In this document: positions 17,831 through 27,082 of the stretch, piece by piece
Layout: every line of letters starts with the position of its first letter
How positions within the stretch are numbered: the first letter of the stretch is position 1
The notes under the pieces: generated by a model
Databases searched by the model: none
What the model was told of the DNA's origin: nothing
Seen by the model: the letters and a program-made list of their open reading frames with translations, nothing else
DNA from: an uncultured delta proteobacterium
GTDB lineage: Bacteria; Myxococcota_A; Polyangia; Polyangiales; B10-G4
Assembly (NCBI GenBank): GCA_963727445.1
Contig: CAVSGI010000010.1
Location: 1,376,001-1,440,000, forward strand
Length of the DNA: 64,000 bases
Reading direction: 5' to 3'
Program-made: the position numbers and the translations under genes

Positions 17831-20194
17831 TCAAGCCGCTGGCAGAGGCATCTCCGTTTCGTGGGAGGCAGCCGCGCTGTCGAGCGGCTCGAGGGCAGCG
17901 TCGAGCACCTGGTGCATGTCTTCGACGAAGACGACCTCGAGCTCGTCGCGCACCGACTCCGGCACCTCGTCCAGATCCGCCTCGTTCTTCTTCGGCAGGA
18001 TCACCCGCGAGAAGCCGGCGCGATGGGCGGCCAGCACCTTCGACTTGATGCCGCCCACGGGCAGGACGCGGCCGCGAAGGGTCGCCTCACCGGTCATCGC
18101 CGTGTCCGGCCGCACGCGCCTGCCGGTGAGCAGTGAGGTGAGCGCGGTGAACATGGTGACGCCGGCGCTCGGGCCGTCCTTGGGCACCGCGCCCGCGGGG
18201 ACGTGGACGTGCAGATCGCTCCCGTCGAGGAAGCTGGCGTCGACGTCGAAGCGAGAGGCGTTACTGCGCACGTAGGCCAGGGCGGCGCGGACCGACTCGT
18301 TCATCACGTCACCGAGCTGGCCGGTGATCTCGAGCTTGCCCCTGCCCGGCATGCGGGTGGTTTCGATGTAGAGGATGTCGCCGCCGACCGGCGTCCAGGC
18401 GAGGCCGGCCGCCACGCCGGGGGCGCTCACGCGCTCGGCGAGGGTGTCCGAGAACCGCGCGCGACCGAGGACCGAGCGCAGGTCGTCGATGGTGATCATC
18501 ACCCGCACTTCGGTGTCGGCGTCGTCGCGCCGGGCCACTTCCAGAGCGGCGTGGCGACAGAGCTTGGCGAGCTGCTGCTCGAGCTTCCGCACGCCCGCCT
18601 CGCGGGTGTACTCGCGGATGGTGGCGACGAGGGCCTCGTCACTGACGCGGAGCTGATCCTCGGTCAGGCCGTGGCGCTTCATCTGCTTGGGGAGCAGGTG
18701 GTCCCGCGCGATCAGCCGCTTCTCCTCGGTGGTATAGCCGGTGACCTCGATGATCTCCATGCGATCGCGAAGCGGCGGCGCGATGGTGGCCAGGTCGTTC
18801 GCGGTAGCGATGAAGAGCACCTCGGAGAGATCGAAGGGGAGCTCGAGGTAGTGATCGGTGAAGGTCGCGTTCTGCTCGGGGTCGAGCACCTCGAGGAGGG
18901 CGGCTTCGGGGTCGCCGCTGTAGCCGCGGGCGAGCTTGTCGATCTCGTCCAGCACCATGACCGGGTTCTTCACCTTCGCCTTGCGGAGCGCGGCGATGAT
19001 GCGGCCGGGAAGCGCGCCGACGTAGGTGCGGCGATGACCGCGGACCTCGGCCTCGTCACGCACGCCGCCGAGGCTCACCCGCGCCAGGGGGCGTCCGGTG
19101 GCTCTCGCGACCGACTGCGCCAGCGAGGTCTTGCCGACGCCGGGCGGTCCGACGAGGCACAGGATCGTGCCGCGCGCCTCGGGGCTGAGCTTGAGCACCG
19201 CCATGTGCTCGAGGATCCGGCGCTTGGCTTCTTCGAGACCGTGATGGTCGTCGTCCAGCGCCTGGCTCACCGCTCCGATGTCCTGACCCACCTCGGCGCG
19301 CTCGTTCCAGGGGAGGTCGGCGACGGTCTCGAGATGCGTGCGGATCACGTTGGCCTCGGCCATCTGACTCGACATGCCTTCGAGGCGGCCCAGCTCGCGG
19401 TCGACGAGCTTTCGCGCATCCTCGTCGAGCTCGAGCGCTTCGAGGCGCTCGCGCAGGCTCGCCAGCTCGTCTTCCTTGCCCTCGCCGAGCTCGCGCTGAA
19501 TGGCGCGGAGCTGCTTGCGGAGCATCGCTTCGCGCTGTTCACGAGTGAGCTCGCTGCGGACCTCGGAGTCGATGCGCGAGCGGAGCTCGGCGCGCGTGAT
19601 CGCGACCTTGAGCATCGTCGCGACGAGCCTGAGGCGCGCCTGCACGTCGAGGTTCTGCAGAACCTGAACCTTCTCCTCGGCGGGTACGTCGAGCCAGGTC
19701 GTGACACGGTCGGCGAAGAGTCCCGGAGCGTCGTCGTCCGAGAGCACTTCACGCAGGCCGCGATCGTCGCTGGCCAGCTCGCCCAGGTGGTCGCGAAGCG
19801 CTTCACGCAGCGCCTCTGCTTCCTCGGTGTCGTCGCCGGTCTCGAGCGCCGGCTGAACCTCGACCTTCCAGAAGGGCTCGTCTTCGAGGATCTGGCGGAT
19901 CTCGACGCGCTCGACCGCCTCGACCAGGAGCAGCATTCCGCGCTCCCCCCGATCGGTCTTGTCCTTGACGATCGCGAGGGTCGCGACGGGGTGAAGGTCG
20001 TGGGTCTTGGGGTTTTCGACCTGCAGCTTCTTCTGCACCCCGACCACCACGAAGCTCCCCGACTCGACGGCGCCGACCAGCGCTCGCGAGCGCGTACGTC
20101 CCACCGGGATGGTGGTCACCCGCCCGGGCAGCACCACCCCACTCCGCAACGGGAGCAGGGGAAGGGTCATCTCGAAGACGCTGTCTGACTTCAT
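17831..20194 (-). CDS. lon: Lon ATP-dependent protease (endopeptidase La)
   Basis: LPLLPLR N-terminal domain, GPPGVGKTS, GHRRTYVGALPG, LDEIDK, PKDGPSAG catalytic Ser; GGGAG RBS before ATG 20194. Confidence 0.97.
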   Translation of the reverse strand: MKSDSVFEMTLPLLPLRSGVVLPGRVTTIPVGRTRSRALVGAVESGSFVVVGVQKKLQVENPKTHDLHPVATLAIVKDKTDRGERGMLLLVEAVERVEIRQILEDEPFWKVEVQPALETGDDTEEAEALREALRDHLGELASDDRGLREVLSDDDAPGLFADRVTTWLDVPAEEKVQVLQNLDVQARLRLVATMLKVAITRAELRSRIDSEVRSELTREQREAMLRKQLRAIQRELGEGKEDELASLRERLEALELDEDARKLVDRELGRLEGMSSQMAEANVIRTHLETVADLPWNERAEVGQDIGAVSQALDDDHHGLEEAKRRILEHMAVLKLSPEARGTILCLVGPPGVGKTSLAQSVARATGRPLARVSLGGVRDEAEVRGHRRTYVGALPGRIIAALRKAKVKNPVMVLDEIDKLARGYSGDPEAALLEVLDPEQNATFTDHYLELPFDLSEVLFIATANDLATIAPPLRDRMEIIEVTGYTTEEKRLIARDHLLPKQMKRHGLTEDQLRVSDEALVATIREYTREAGVRKLEQQLAKLCRHAALEVARRDDADTEVRVMITIDDLRSVLGRARFSDTLAERVSAPGVAAGLAWTPVGGDILYIETTRMPGRGKLEITGQLGDVMNESVRAALAYVRSNASRFDVDASFLDGSDLHVHVPAGAVPKDGPSAGVTMFTALTSLLTGRRVRPDTAMTGEATLRGRVLPVGGIKSKVLAAHRAGFSRVILPKKNEADLDEVPESVRDELEVVFVEDMHQVLDAALEPLDSAAASHETEMPLPAA

Positions 20195-20230
20195 CGCTTT
20201 GGTCTCCCAGGCCCTCGGGCCCAATCGCTG

Positions 20231-20250
20231 TTGAACGTAAATCTGTTCAA
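20231..20250. promoter_or_regulatory. palindromic operator candidate upstream of lon (TTGAAC-N8-GTTCAA)
   Basis: Perfect 6-bp inverted repeat 36 bp upstream of the lon start, in an AT-rich divergent intergenic region. Confidence 0.4.
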
Positions 20251-20426
20251 ACAAGCGTCAACGTTGGCCGGCGACCGATCGCGAGCCAAGGCCTGGAAAT
20301 CACATAGCTACCCGCCTAGTAATCGTTGTAACGATTTTTCTGGGGCCACAGACGCGGTCCAGATGCGCAATTCGCTTTAAGGTTCGTTAAGTACCTGTAA
20401 TCAAAGGGACCTCGCATTTTCGAGGT

Positions 20427-22319
20427 ATGGAAAAGCACCTCCCCCTCCCGCTGCTGCCTCTCCTCCTCCTCGGGCTCTGTGGCTGCGCCGATCCGGGCAT
20501 CGACCTCCTGGTCGAGCTCCGCACGGATCTCGAGCCAGGGGTCGATTTCACGTCGATCCGCACGATCCTCGACGACGGCCCGACACAGGAGCGAGCGGTG
20601 TTCATCGGCGAAGACTGGATGACCGCCAACCGCATCGCCGAGTTTCCCAGCCTGCTCCCTGGGGCGCGAGAGGTCCGCGTGGTGCTCCTCGATGACGCGG
20701 GCGCGGTCGTCGTCGATCGCCCCACCACCTTCGTCCAGGACGACGACTACGGCCTGAGGGTCACGATCACGCGTGACTGCGTCGGCGTGGTCTGTCCCGG
20801 GCCGACCGACGCGCGCGACCTCGGTGCGTGTCACGGCGGCGCCTGTGTGTCGACGGACTGCATCCAGACCGGCGACGGATTCTGTCCGGACGCCCAATGC
20901 GCGACCGACGCCGATTGCGGCGCCGATGCTGCCAGCTGCACGAACGTCCGCTGTGTCGAGGGGTTGTGCATGGAGGGGCCCAGCCTCGACTGCGACGAGC
21001 CCCCGCTGGTGATCCCCCCGAGCGGTTGGGTGGGCGAGGAAGCGCCGAACACCACGGTGCTCCCCGTGGTGGATCCACCGGGAACGTGCCTCTCCCAGTT
21101 CCGCGTCCCCTTCGAGAGGGTGCTGGGGCTTCGGACCCTGGCGGACGGAACGCTCATCGTTCACGGCACCTTCCTCGACACGATCACCCTGGGGGACACC
21201 ACCCACACGACCGGCGGCGACTCGTACGCGAATGGCATCGTCGCCGGCTTCGATCCGAGCGGCACTCCGCTGTGGTCGATATCAATCGCCTCGGAGCAGC
21301 ACAACGAGATCGCGGATGTCGCAGAGATCGACGGCGTCCTGTATGTCGCTGGGTACTTCAAAGGCACAGCGAGCCTCGGTCGCTTCGCGATGACCTCGAC
21401 GGCGGACTCCGAGGATGGCTTCATCGCTCGAATCGACACGACCCACGTCGTGGGCGCCGTCCGTACCTTCGGAGGCGACTTCACCGACCGCGCGACCAGC
21501 ATCGCGGCACACGCCGGCAACCTCTTCGTGGGCGGATACTTCCAGGGGCCGGCGGACTTCCTGGGTACGACGCACACCAGCGCAGGCATCGACGGCTTCG
21601 TGCTGCGGGTGCGGAGCAGCGATCTGGCGCGCGTGACCTCCTGGACCTATGGCAGCTCGGCGGATGATCGCGGCTTCGCCATCGACGCAAGCGATGGTTC
21701 GGTCTTCGTCGGCGGCATGTTCCGCGGCGAGCTGCGTTTCGGTGACGACATCCTCTTCACCTCCGAGCTCGACGGCTTCGTGGCGATGTCGGATCTCGGT
21801 GGCGCTTTCTCATGGGGCAGCGCCTTCACCTTTCGCGGAATGGACTACCTCGACGGCGTCATGGCCGACGGCGACTACGTCGTGGCCGGAGGAACGTTCG
21901 CCAACATCCTGGATGAGGGAATGAGCGTCGTCCGGGTTTACCGGCGCAACGGCAGCATGGTCTGGGAGCAGACCATCGGCGACCGCTACATGGCCAACCA
22001 GGGCGCCAACCCCATCCTCGACGATGGCGTCGCCTACATGGCCAGTGTGGTCACGTTTCCCGTCGACGTCGCCGGAGTGACCATCGGCGAGGGTGGTGGC
22101 CCACGGAATCTGCTGGTCACCGCCCAGGATGTCGAGACCGGCGAACTGCTGTGGCACCAGGTCGGCTTCAGCGAGGACGACGTCTTCTCCCCCACCATGA
22201 CCTTCGGCCAAGACGGAGACCTGTGGATGAGCGGCCTCAACCAGGGCGAGCTTCACTGCAGCGATAGCGTGTCCAGTGTGGAAGACGGCGACGTCGCCAT
22301 CATCCACATGCGTCGCTGA
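20427..22319 (+). CDS. lipoprotein with Cys-rich segment and beta-propeller-like repeats
   Basis: Lipobox LCGC; repeated (Y/F)VxGxFxG..DGF(I/V) blades. Confidence 0.8.
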   Translation: MEKHLPLPLLPLLLLGLCGCADPGIDLLVELRTDLEPGVDFTSIRTILDDGPTQERAVFIGEDWMTANRIAEFPSLLPGAREVRVVLLDDAGAVVVDRPTTFVQDDDYGLRVTITRDCVGVVCPGPTDARDLGACHGGACVSTDCIQTGDGFCPDAQCATDADCGADAASCTNVRCVEGLCMEGPSLDCDEPPLVIPPSGWVGEEAPNTTVLPVVDPPGTCLSQFRVPFERVLGLRTLADGTLIVHGTFLDTITLGDTTHTTGGDSYANGIVAGFDPSGTPLWSISIASEQHNEIADVAEIDGVLYVAGYFKGTASLGRFAMTSTADSEDGFIARIDTTHVVGAVRTFGGDFTDRATSIAAHAGNLFVGGYFQGPADFLGTTHTSAGIDGFVLRVRSSDLARVTSWTYGSSADDRGFAIDASDGSVFVGGMFRGELRFGDDILFTSELDGFVAMSDLGGAFSWGSAFTFRGMDYLDGVMADGDYVVAGGTFANILDEGMSVVRVYRRNGSMVWEQTIGDRYMANQGANPILDDGVAYMASVVTFPVDVAGVTIGEGGGPRNLLVTAQDVETGELLWHQVGFSEDDVFSPTMTFGQDGDLWMSGLNQGELHCSDSVSSVEDGDVAIIHMRR

Positions 22320-22323
22320 TCGC

Positions 22324-24390
22324 TCACTCGCAGGCGCCGGCGTTGCACGTGCCGGCGCCGCAGTCGATCCCGCAGCCGCCGCAGTTCAGGGGATCGCTCT
22401 CGGTGTTCGCTTCGCAGCCCGTGCTGGGGTTCGAATCGCAGTCGGCCCGGCCGGGCTCGCATGCGTCGATGCGGCAATCCCCGCGCGTGCAACCCACGGT
22501 CGTCACCCCGGAAAGCGCCGTGCAGTCCGTACCACAGTCTCCGCAGTTCGCGGCGTCCCCGGTGACGTCGACCTCGCAGCCGTTGGAGGCGGAGCCGTCG
22601 CAGTTGGCGAAGCCAGGGTCGCAGACCGCGATGACGCACACGCCGCTCGAACAGAAGCCCTCCGCGTCGGACGGGTTGCAAACCTGATTACAGTCACCGC
22701 AGTGCTCGAGGCTGTTGATGCTCGCCTCGCATCCATCGGCTGGGTTGTCGTTGCAGTCGCGGCGGCCAGGATCACAGGTGAAGCCGCACGCGCCCGCAGC
22801 GCAGGTCCGGCTCGCGCCGGGCGGTTCGGGGCAGGTCGTGGCGCAACCCCCGCAATGAAGCGGATCGCTGGTGGTGTCGGTGCACGAGCTGCCGCAGGTC
22901 GTTCCCGCGCCGCAGGTCGAGGCGCACTCGAACCCGCCCTCGGCGTGCGGCGAGCAGAGCGGCGTCGGATCGTCGCAGCGGATGCCGCAAGAGCCGCACG
23001 TCTCGGCCTCGGCGAGGCTCACCTCGCAGCCGTCCTCGATGTCGCCGTTGCAGTTGGCGAAGCCCGAGTCACAGCGAAGGACGCAGCGACCGTCGACGCA
23101 GGCAGCGGCCGCGCTCCGTGGGTCCGAAGGGCAGGCGTTGCCACAGCTGCCGCAGTTGTCGACGTCGTCGGCGAGGTCGACCTCGCAGCCATCCACCACC
23201 GTGGCGTTGCAGTCGGCGCTCGAGCCCACGCAGCCCACGATCTCGCAAGTCCCCGCTGCGCACGACGCGACGGCATCGGTGGGTGCGCAGCTCACCCCGC
23301 AGGCGCCGCAGTTCCCGATCTCCTCGAGCGCGGACTCGCAACCGTTGTCGTCCAGTCCGTCACAGTTGCGGAAGCCCGAGTCGCAGGCGAAGCCGCAGCT
23401 GCCTCCGGTGCAGATGGCGCGGGCTCGGGGCGGCGCGCTACAGCCGTTGTCGCATCGGCCGCAGTGCACGGGTGAGGTGGCCAGGTCCACGCAGCTCTGG
23501 GTGCAGTCGGTCGCCGGCGCATCGCAGGTCGCGGTGCAGGCGAAGCCGCTCCCGTCGGGGTTGGCGCAGAACGAATCAGGCGCCGTGCAGGTGGTGCCAC
23601 ACGCGCCGCAGCTCGCGGGCGCCGAGAGGCTCGTCTCGCAGCCGTCGCTCACATCGCTGTTGCAGTCGGCCCACCCGCTGTCGCAGACGAGAGTGCAGCT
23701 GCCCACGCTGCACACGCCCGATCCGTGTGGCGGATTCGTGTCACAAACGGTGCCGCAGCTGCCGCAGTTGTTCGGATCGGTGTTGAGATCGAAGGGCTCG
23801 TCGACCGCGTCGTCGCAGTCGTCGTCCATCCCGTTGCAGATCTCTCCCTTGGGGACGCAGCCGTCCGTGCCCCCATCGGTCCCACCGTCGGGGCCTCCGC
23901 CGCCTCCGTCGATCCGGTCGGGCCGACCCGTCCACTCCTCGTACTCCGACTCTTCGACCAGCGCGCTCCGGCACATGTCTTCCTGCGCCCGGCGGGGATC
24001 GCAGGTCTCTCCCAGGTCGCAGCCGACGCCGACACAGTCGCGCCCGAGGACGATGCGAAGCAGCCTCACCTGGTCTTCCGCGAACGCCGCGCGTGCGCGG
24101 TATTGAATCACGTCCGTCCCGTCGAGACTCCCGGTCACGGTGATGTCGATCGGCGTCAGCGCTCCGCCCCGCCACACGACGCCCAGGGTCGCGGGGAGCG
24201 CCATCTCGCCGTCGAGGGACCCCATCGCGCGACGAAGCTCGCCCTGGGGACCGGTGATGTCGATGGTCAGCCCGTCGAGCTCGGCGGGCACGTTCAGGTC
24301 GGTATCCACCGACACCATGAGCTGGGTCAGATCGGCGGTCCGACAGCTCGAGGCGCAGAGAAGCGCGAGCGCGAAGAGGAGCCTCTTCAT
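22324..24390 (-). CDS. Cys-rich repeat lipoprotein
   Basis: ATG 24390 overlaps the upstream stop; lipobox ASSC; EICNGMDDDCD; many DCN..DGCE..NCGxCG repeats. Confidence 0.85.
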   Translation of the reverse strand: MKRLLFALALLCASSCRTADLTQLMVSVDTDLNVPAELDGLTIDITGPQGELRRAMGSLDGEMALPATLGVVWRGGALTPIDITVTGSLDGTDVIQYRARAAFAEDQVRLLRIVLGRDCVGVGCDLGETCDPRRAQEDMCRSALVEESEYEEWTGRPDRIDGGGGGPDGGTDGGTDGCVPKGEICNGMDDDCDDAVDEPFDLNTDPNNCGSCGTVCDTNPPHGSGVCSVGSCTLVCDSGWADCNSDVSDGCETSLSAPASCGACGTTCTAPDSFCANPDGSGFACTATCDAPATDCTQSCVDLATSPVHCGRCDNGCSAPPRARAICTGGSCGFACDSGFRNCDGLDDNGCESALEEIGNCGACGVSCAPTDAVASCAAGTCEIVGCVGSSADCNATVVDGCEVDLADDVDNCGSCGNACPSDPRSAAAACVDGRCVLRCDSGFANCNGDIEDGCEVSLAEAETCGSCGIRCDDPTPLCSPHAEGGFECASTCGAGTTCGSSCTDTTSDPLHCGGCATTCPEPPGASRTCAAGACGFTCDPGRRDCNDNPADGCEASINSLEHCGDCNQVCNPSDAEGFCSSGVCVIAVCDPGFANCDGSASNGCEVDVTGDAANCGDCGTDCTALSGVTTVGCTRGDCRIDACEPGRADCDSNPSTGCEANTESDPLNCGGCGIDCGAGTCNAGACE

Positions 24391-25337
24391 CGGCCCAGCT
24401 CGACGATGGAAGGCTCGAGCGTACCGGCGATGCCTTGCGCAGGCTGGCTCACCGCGATGAACGCCACGACCGAGGCGACCACCACGGCAACCACCACGCC
24501 TGCGCCCACGCCGGTCCAGAACCACGGGTTTTCCCAGACGGTTCCGCTCTCCTCGGCCATGCGCTGTCGGTCGCGTCGCTCGCGCTGCTGGCGCTCGTTC
24601 TGTCGTCGCGCGACCTCGGCAGGATCGGGCGCCACCGTCTCCGGCTCCTCGGTGGGGACCGCTTCCGGCAGCTCCTCGAGGAGGGTGCCGCCGGGGACGA
24701 AGCCCGCGCCCGTCGTCGTGGGCGTGGGTTCCGGTTCGGGCTCGGGCTCGGGCGGCGGCGGGATCTCGAGGGCCAGGACCGCGGAACGCCCCTCGCTCAC
24801 CTCGGCAACGCCCTGCGCCACGATCTGATCGTCGCGCCGGATCACCACCGTGCGCGCGCCGGGATCGACAGGCACGGCCACACCGACCGCGGCGCTCGGG
24901 AGCGCGCGCTGGTCGAGGGTGATCGAGACGCCGGTGGGATCGCCGGTGAGCTCGATCGTCAGCTGCCCCACCTTCGGCTCGGCCTCGTGCATGAGCTGCT
25001 CCGCGGCCTCACGCGCACGGGGCGGCGCCTCTTCGTTCCGAAGCACGCGCTGCAGGTGCTCGACCGCTTCGACGTAGCGCTCGAGGCGGACGAGCGCAGA
25101 CGCGAGGTTGTAGTGCACCACGGGCGACTCACGAAGCTCGAGCGAGCGTTCGAAGTGAGCGGCGGCGGTCGCGAACTGCTCCTCGGCCATCAGCTCCACG
25201 CCCTGCGCGAAGAGGGATCTCGCCATCGCGGTCCGCTGAACCTCCGCTTCCTGTGTCTCGTCTTCCTGGGCTCGGACGCTCGTAGGCGCGACGAGACAAA
25301 GGGAAACGATTCCCGCGATGAGAGCCCCTGACCTCAC
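24387..25337 (-). CDS. exported TPR + PEGA-like protein with C-terminal TM helix
   Basis: Signal peptide (VRA-Q), TPR (ARSLFAQG..HYNLA), beta domain (VPVDPG), WENPWFWTGVG TM anchor. Confidence 0.85.
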   Translation of the reverse strand: MRSGALIAGIVSLCLVAPTSVRAQEDETQEAEVQRTAMARSLFAQGVELMAEEQFATAAAHFERSLELRESPVVHYNLASALVRLERYVEAVEHLQRVLRNEEAPPRAREAAEQLMHEAEPKVGQLTIELTGDPTGVSITLDQRALPSAAVGVAVPVDPGARTVVIRRDDQIVAQGVAEVSEGRSAVLALEIPPPPEPEPEPEPTPTTTGAGFVPGGTLLEELPEAVPTEEPETVAPDPAEVARRQNERQQRERRDRQRMAEESGTVWENPWFWTGVGAGVVVAVVVASVVAFIAVSQPAQGIAGTLEPSIVELGR

Positions 25338-25369
25338 GGTGGCCTGGGAGTATAGTCGAAGCCTCGGTC

Positions 25370-27028
25370 ATGCGGCCCACCCTCGACATGACAGGCGCCA
25401 TCATCGATGGGCGCTATCTCCTCAAGGATCTCATCGGCGAAGGCGGAATGGGCGGGGTTTTTCGTGCCACCGACCAGACGCTCCAGCGCGACGTGGCGGT
25501 GAAGCTCCTCTTTTCGGGGGACGAGCGCGATCGCGAGCAGCGAGTGGACCGCTTCCTCCGCGAGGCGCGGATCGCGGCCGCGGTGCAGCACAAGAACATC
25601 GTCAACATCATCGACTTCGGGAGCACGGACGACGGTCGCCCGTACATGGTGATGGAGTACCTGGAGGGGGAGACCCTCGCCGAGCGCCTCGCCCGCTCGC
25701 CGGCGCCCAGCATCGAAGAGGTGTCGCAGATCATCGCGCAGACGCTCGGCGGGCTCGCGCGCGCACACGATGCCGGCGTGGTCCACCGCGACATGAAGCC
25801 GGAGAACATCTTCCTGGTGAAGGACGCCGACGGCGCCTACCCGAAGATCCTCGACTTCGGCATCTCGCGGAGTGTCGTGCCGGAGTCGGGGCCCAGCTCC
25901 GCGCTCACGACGCGCGAGGGCTTTCTGGTCGGGACGCCCCAGTACATGAGCCCGGAGCAAGCGCGAGGGCTGAAGGACGTCGACCGCGCCACCGACATCT
26001 ACAGCATGGGGGTCATCCTCTACGAGTCGCTCACCGGCAAGCTGCCCTTCGTGTCGGAGCACGTGGGCGATCTGATCATCCTCATCGCCGCGGGAAACAC
26101 CCACACCGTCTCCGAGGTGCGGCCGGAGCTCGGCGAGCCGCTGTCGGAGGTCGTCCGCAAGTCGATGAGGGTGGAGCGCGAGGATCGTTACGAGGACGCG
26201 CGCGCGATGCGCGACGGGATCACCGACGCCCTCGAGCGGATGGAAGAGGACGTCCGCGCCCTCCCCTGCCCCTCCCGCGCACGTCGCTCTCTCATGCCTC
26301 AGAAAGCGACAGCGGACACGGTGGAGGCACGAGGCGCCGGGCGGCTCTCCGAGGAGGAGCGAAAGAGCGCGGGGCACGCGAAGACCCTGCCGGCCACGCC
26401 TTCCAACCCCGAGATCGGCGCGCCGGAGATCCCGCGCAGCAGCACGCCCTCGATCGAGACGCCCAACGCCTGGTCGGTCAACGAAAAGCGTCCGAGCGGC
26501 GGGACCAGCCGCTGGGTGGTGGTGGCGTTGCTCGGTCTGATCCTCGCCACGGGTGCGTGGGTCTTGACGGAGCGCGGCGAGGGCCCCGCGGCGGCGGGAT
26601 CGATCTCCGCGGACGGCCCCGAAGAAGCACCGCCCGAAGCGCCGACGCCCGAAGCACCGCCAGAAACGCCACCGGTCGAGCCACCCGAAGAGGTGGAGCC
26701 CGCAGAGGTCACAATCTCCCTCGAAGGCGTCCCCGACGACGCGACGATCACCGTCGACGGTGAGGAGACCGAAGGCCTCTTCCACACCTTCGAGGCCGAC
26801 GGGCGCGAGCACGTCTTCGGCGTCGTAGCGGAGGGCTTCGAACCCTTCGAAGCGCGGCGCACCGCAGACGCCGACGCCTCGATCGCCGTCGCGCTGGTCC
26901 CCGTCCCGGAGCCGTCGCAGCCCGCCGTCTCACGACCCGCGATGATGTCGACCCGCATGATGGCGCGGGCGATGATGTCGTCGTCGGGCATGCGGCCGCC
27001 CGACGTGTTGAACGAGCTGGACTACTGA
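25370..27028 (+). CDS. membrane Ser/Thr protein kinase
   Basis: IGEGGMG, VAVK, HRDMKPEN, DFG, GTPQYMSPEQ; TM helix; Pro/Glu linker and PEGA-like domain. Confidence 0.95.
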   Translation: MRPTLDMTGAIIDGRYLLKDLIGEGGMGGVFRATDQTLQRDVAVKLLFSGDERDREQRVDRFLREARIAAAVQHKNIVNIIDFGSTDDGRPYMVMEYLEGETLAERLARSPAPSIEEVSQIIAQTLGGLARAHDAGVVHRDMKPENIFLVKDADGAYPKILDFGISRSVVPESGPSSALTTREGFLVGTPQYMSPEQARGLKDVDRATDIYSMGVILYESLTGKLPFVSEHVGDLIILIAAGNTHTVSEVRPELGEPLSEVVRKSMRVEREDRYEDARAMRDGITDALERMEEDVRALPCPSRARRSLMPQKATADTVEARGAGRLSEEERKSAGHAKTLPATPSNPEIGAPEIPRSSTPSIETPNAWSVNEKRPSGGTSRWVVVALLGLILATGAWVLTERGEGPAAAGSISADGPEEAPPEAPTPEAPPETPPVEPPEEVEPAEVTISLEGVPDDATITVDGEETEGLFHTFEADGREHVFGVVAEGFEPFEARRTADADASIAVALVPVPEPSQPAVSRPAMMSTRMMARAMMSSSGMRPPDVLNELDY

Positions 27029-27082
27029 CGGCGCACGTCACGGTTGCGGCTCCCCACGCTGCACAGGCATGCTCGCTCCGCG

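Noticed and set aside
22324..24390. Cys-rich lipoproteins as cytochromes or ferredoxins
   Set aside because: No CxxCH motifs; exported proteins with disulfide/Ca-type repeats.
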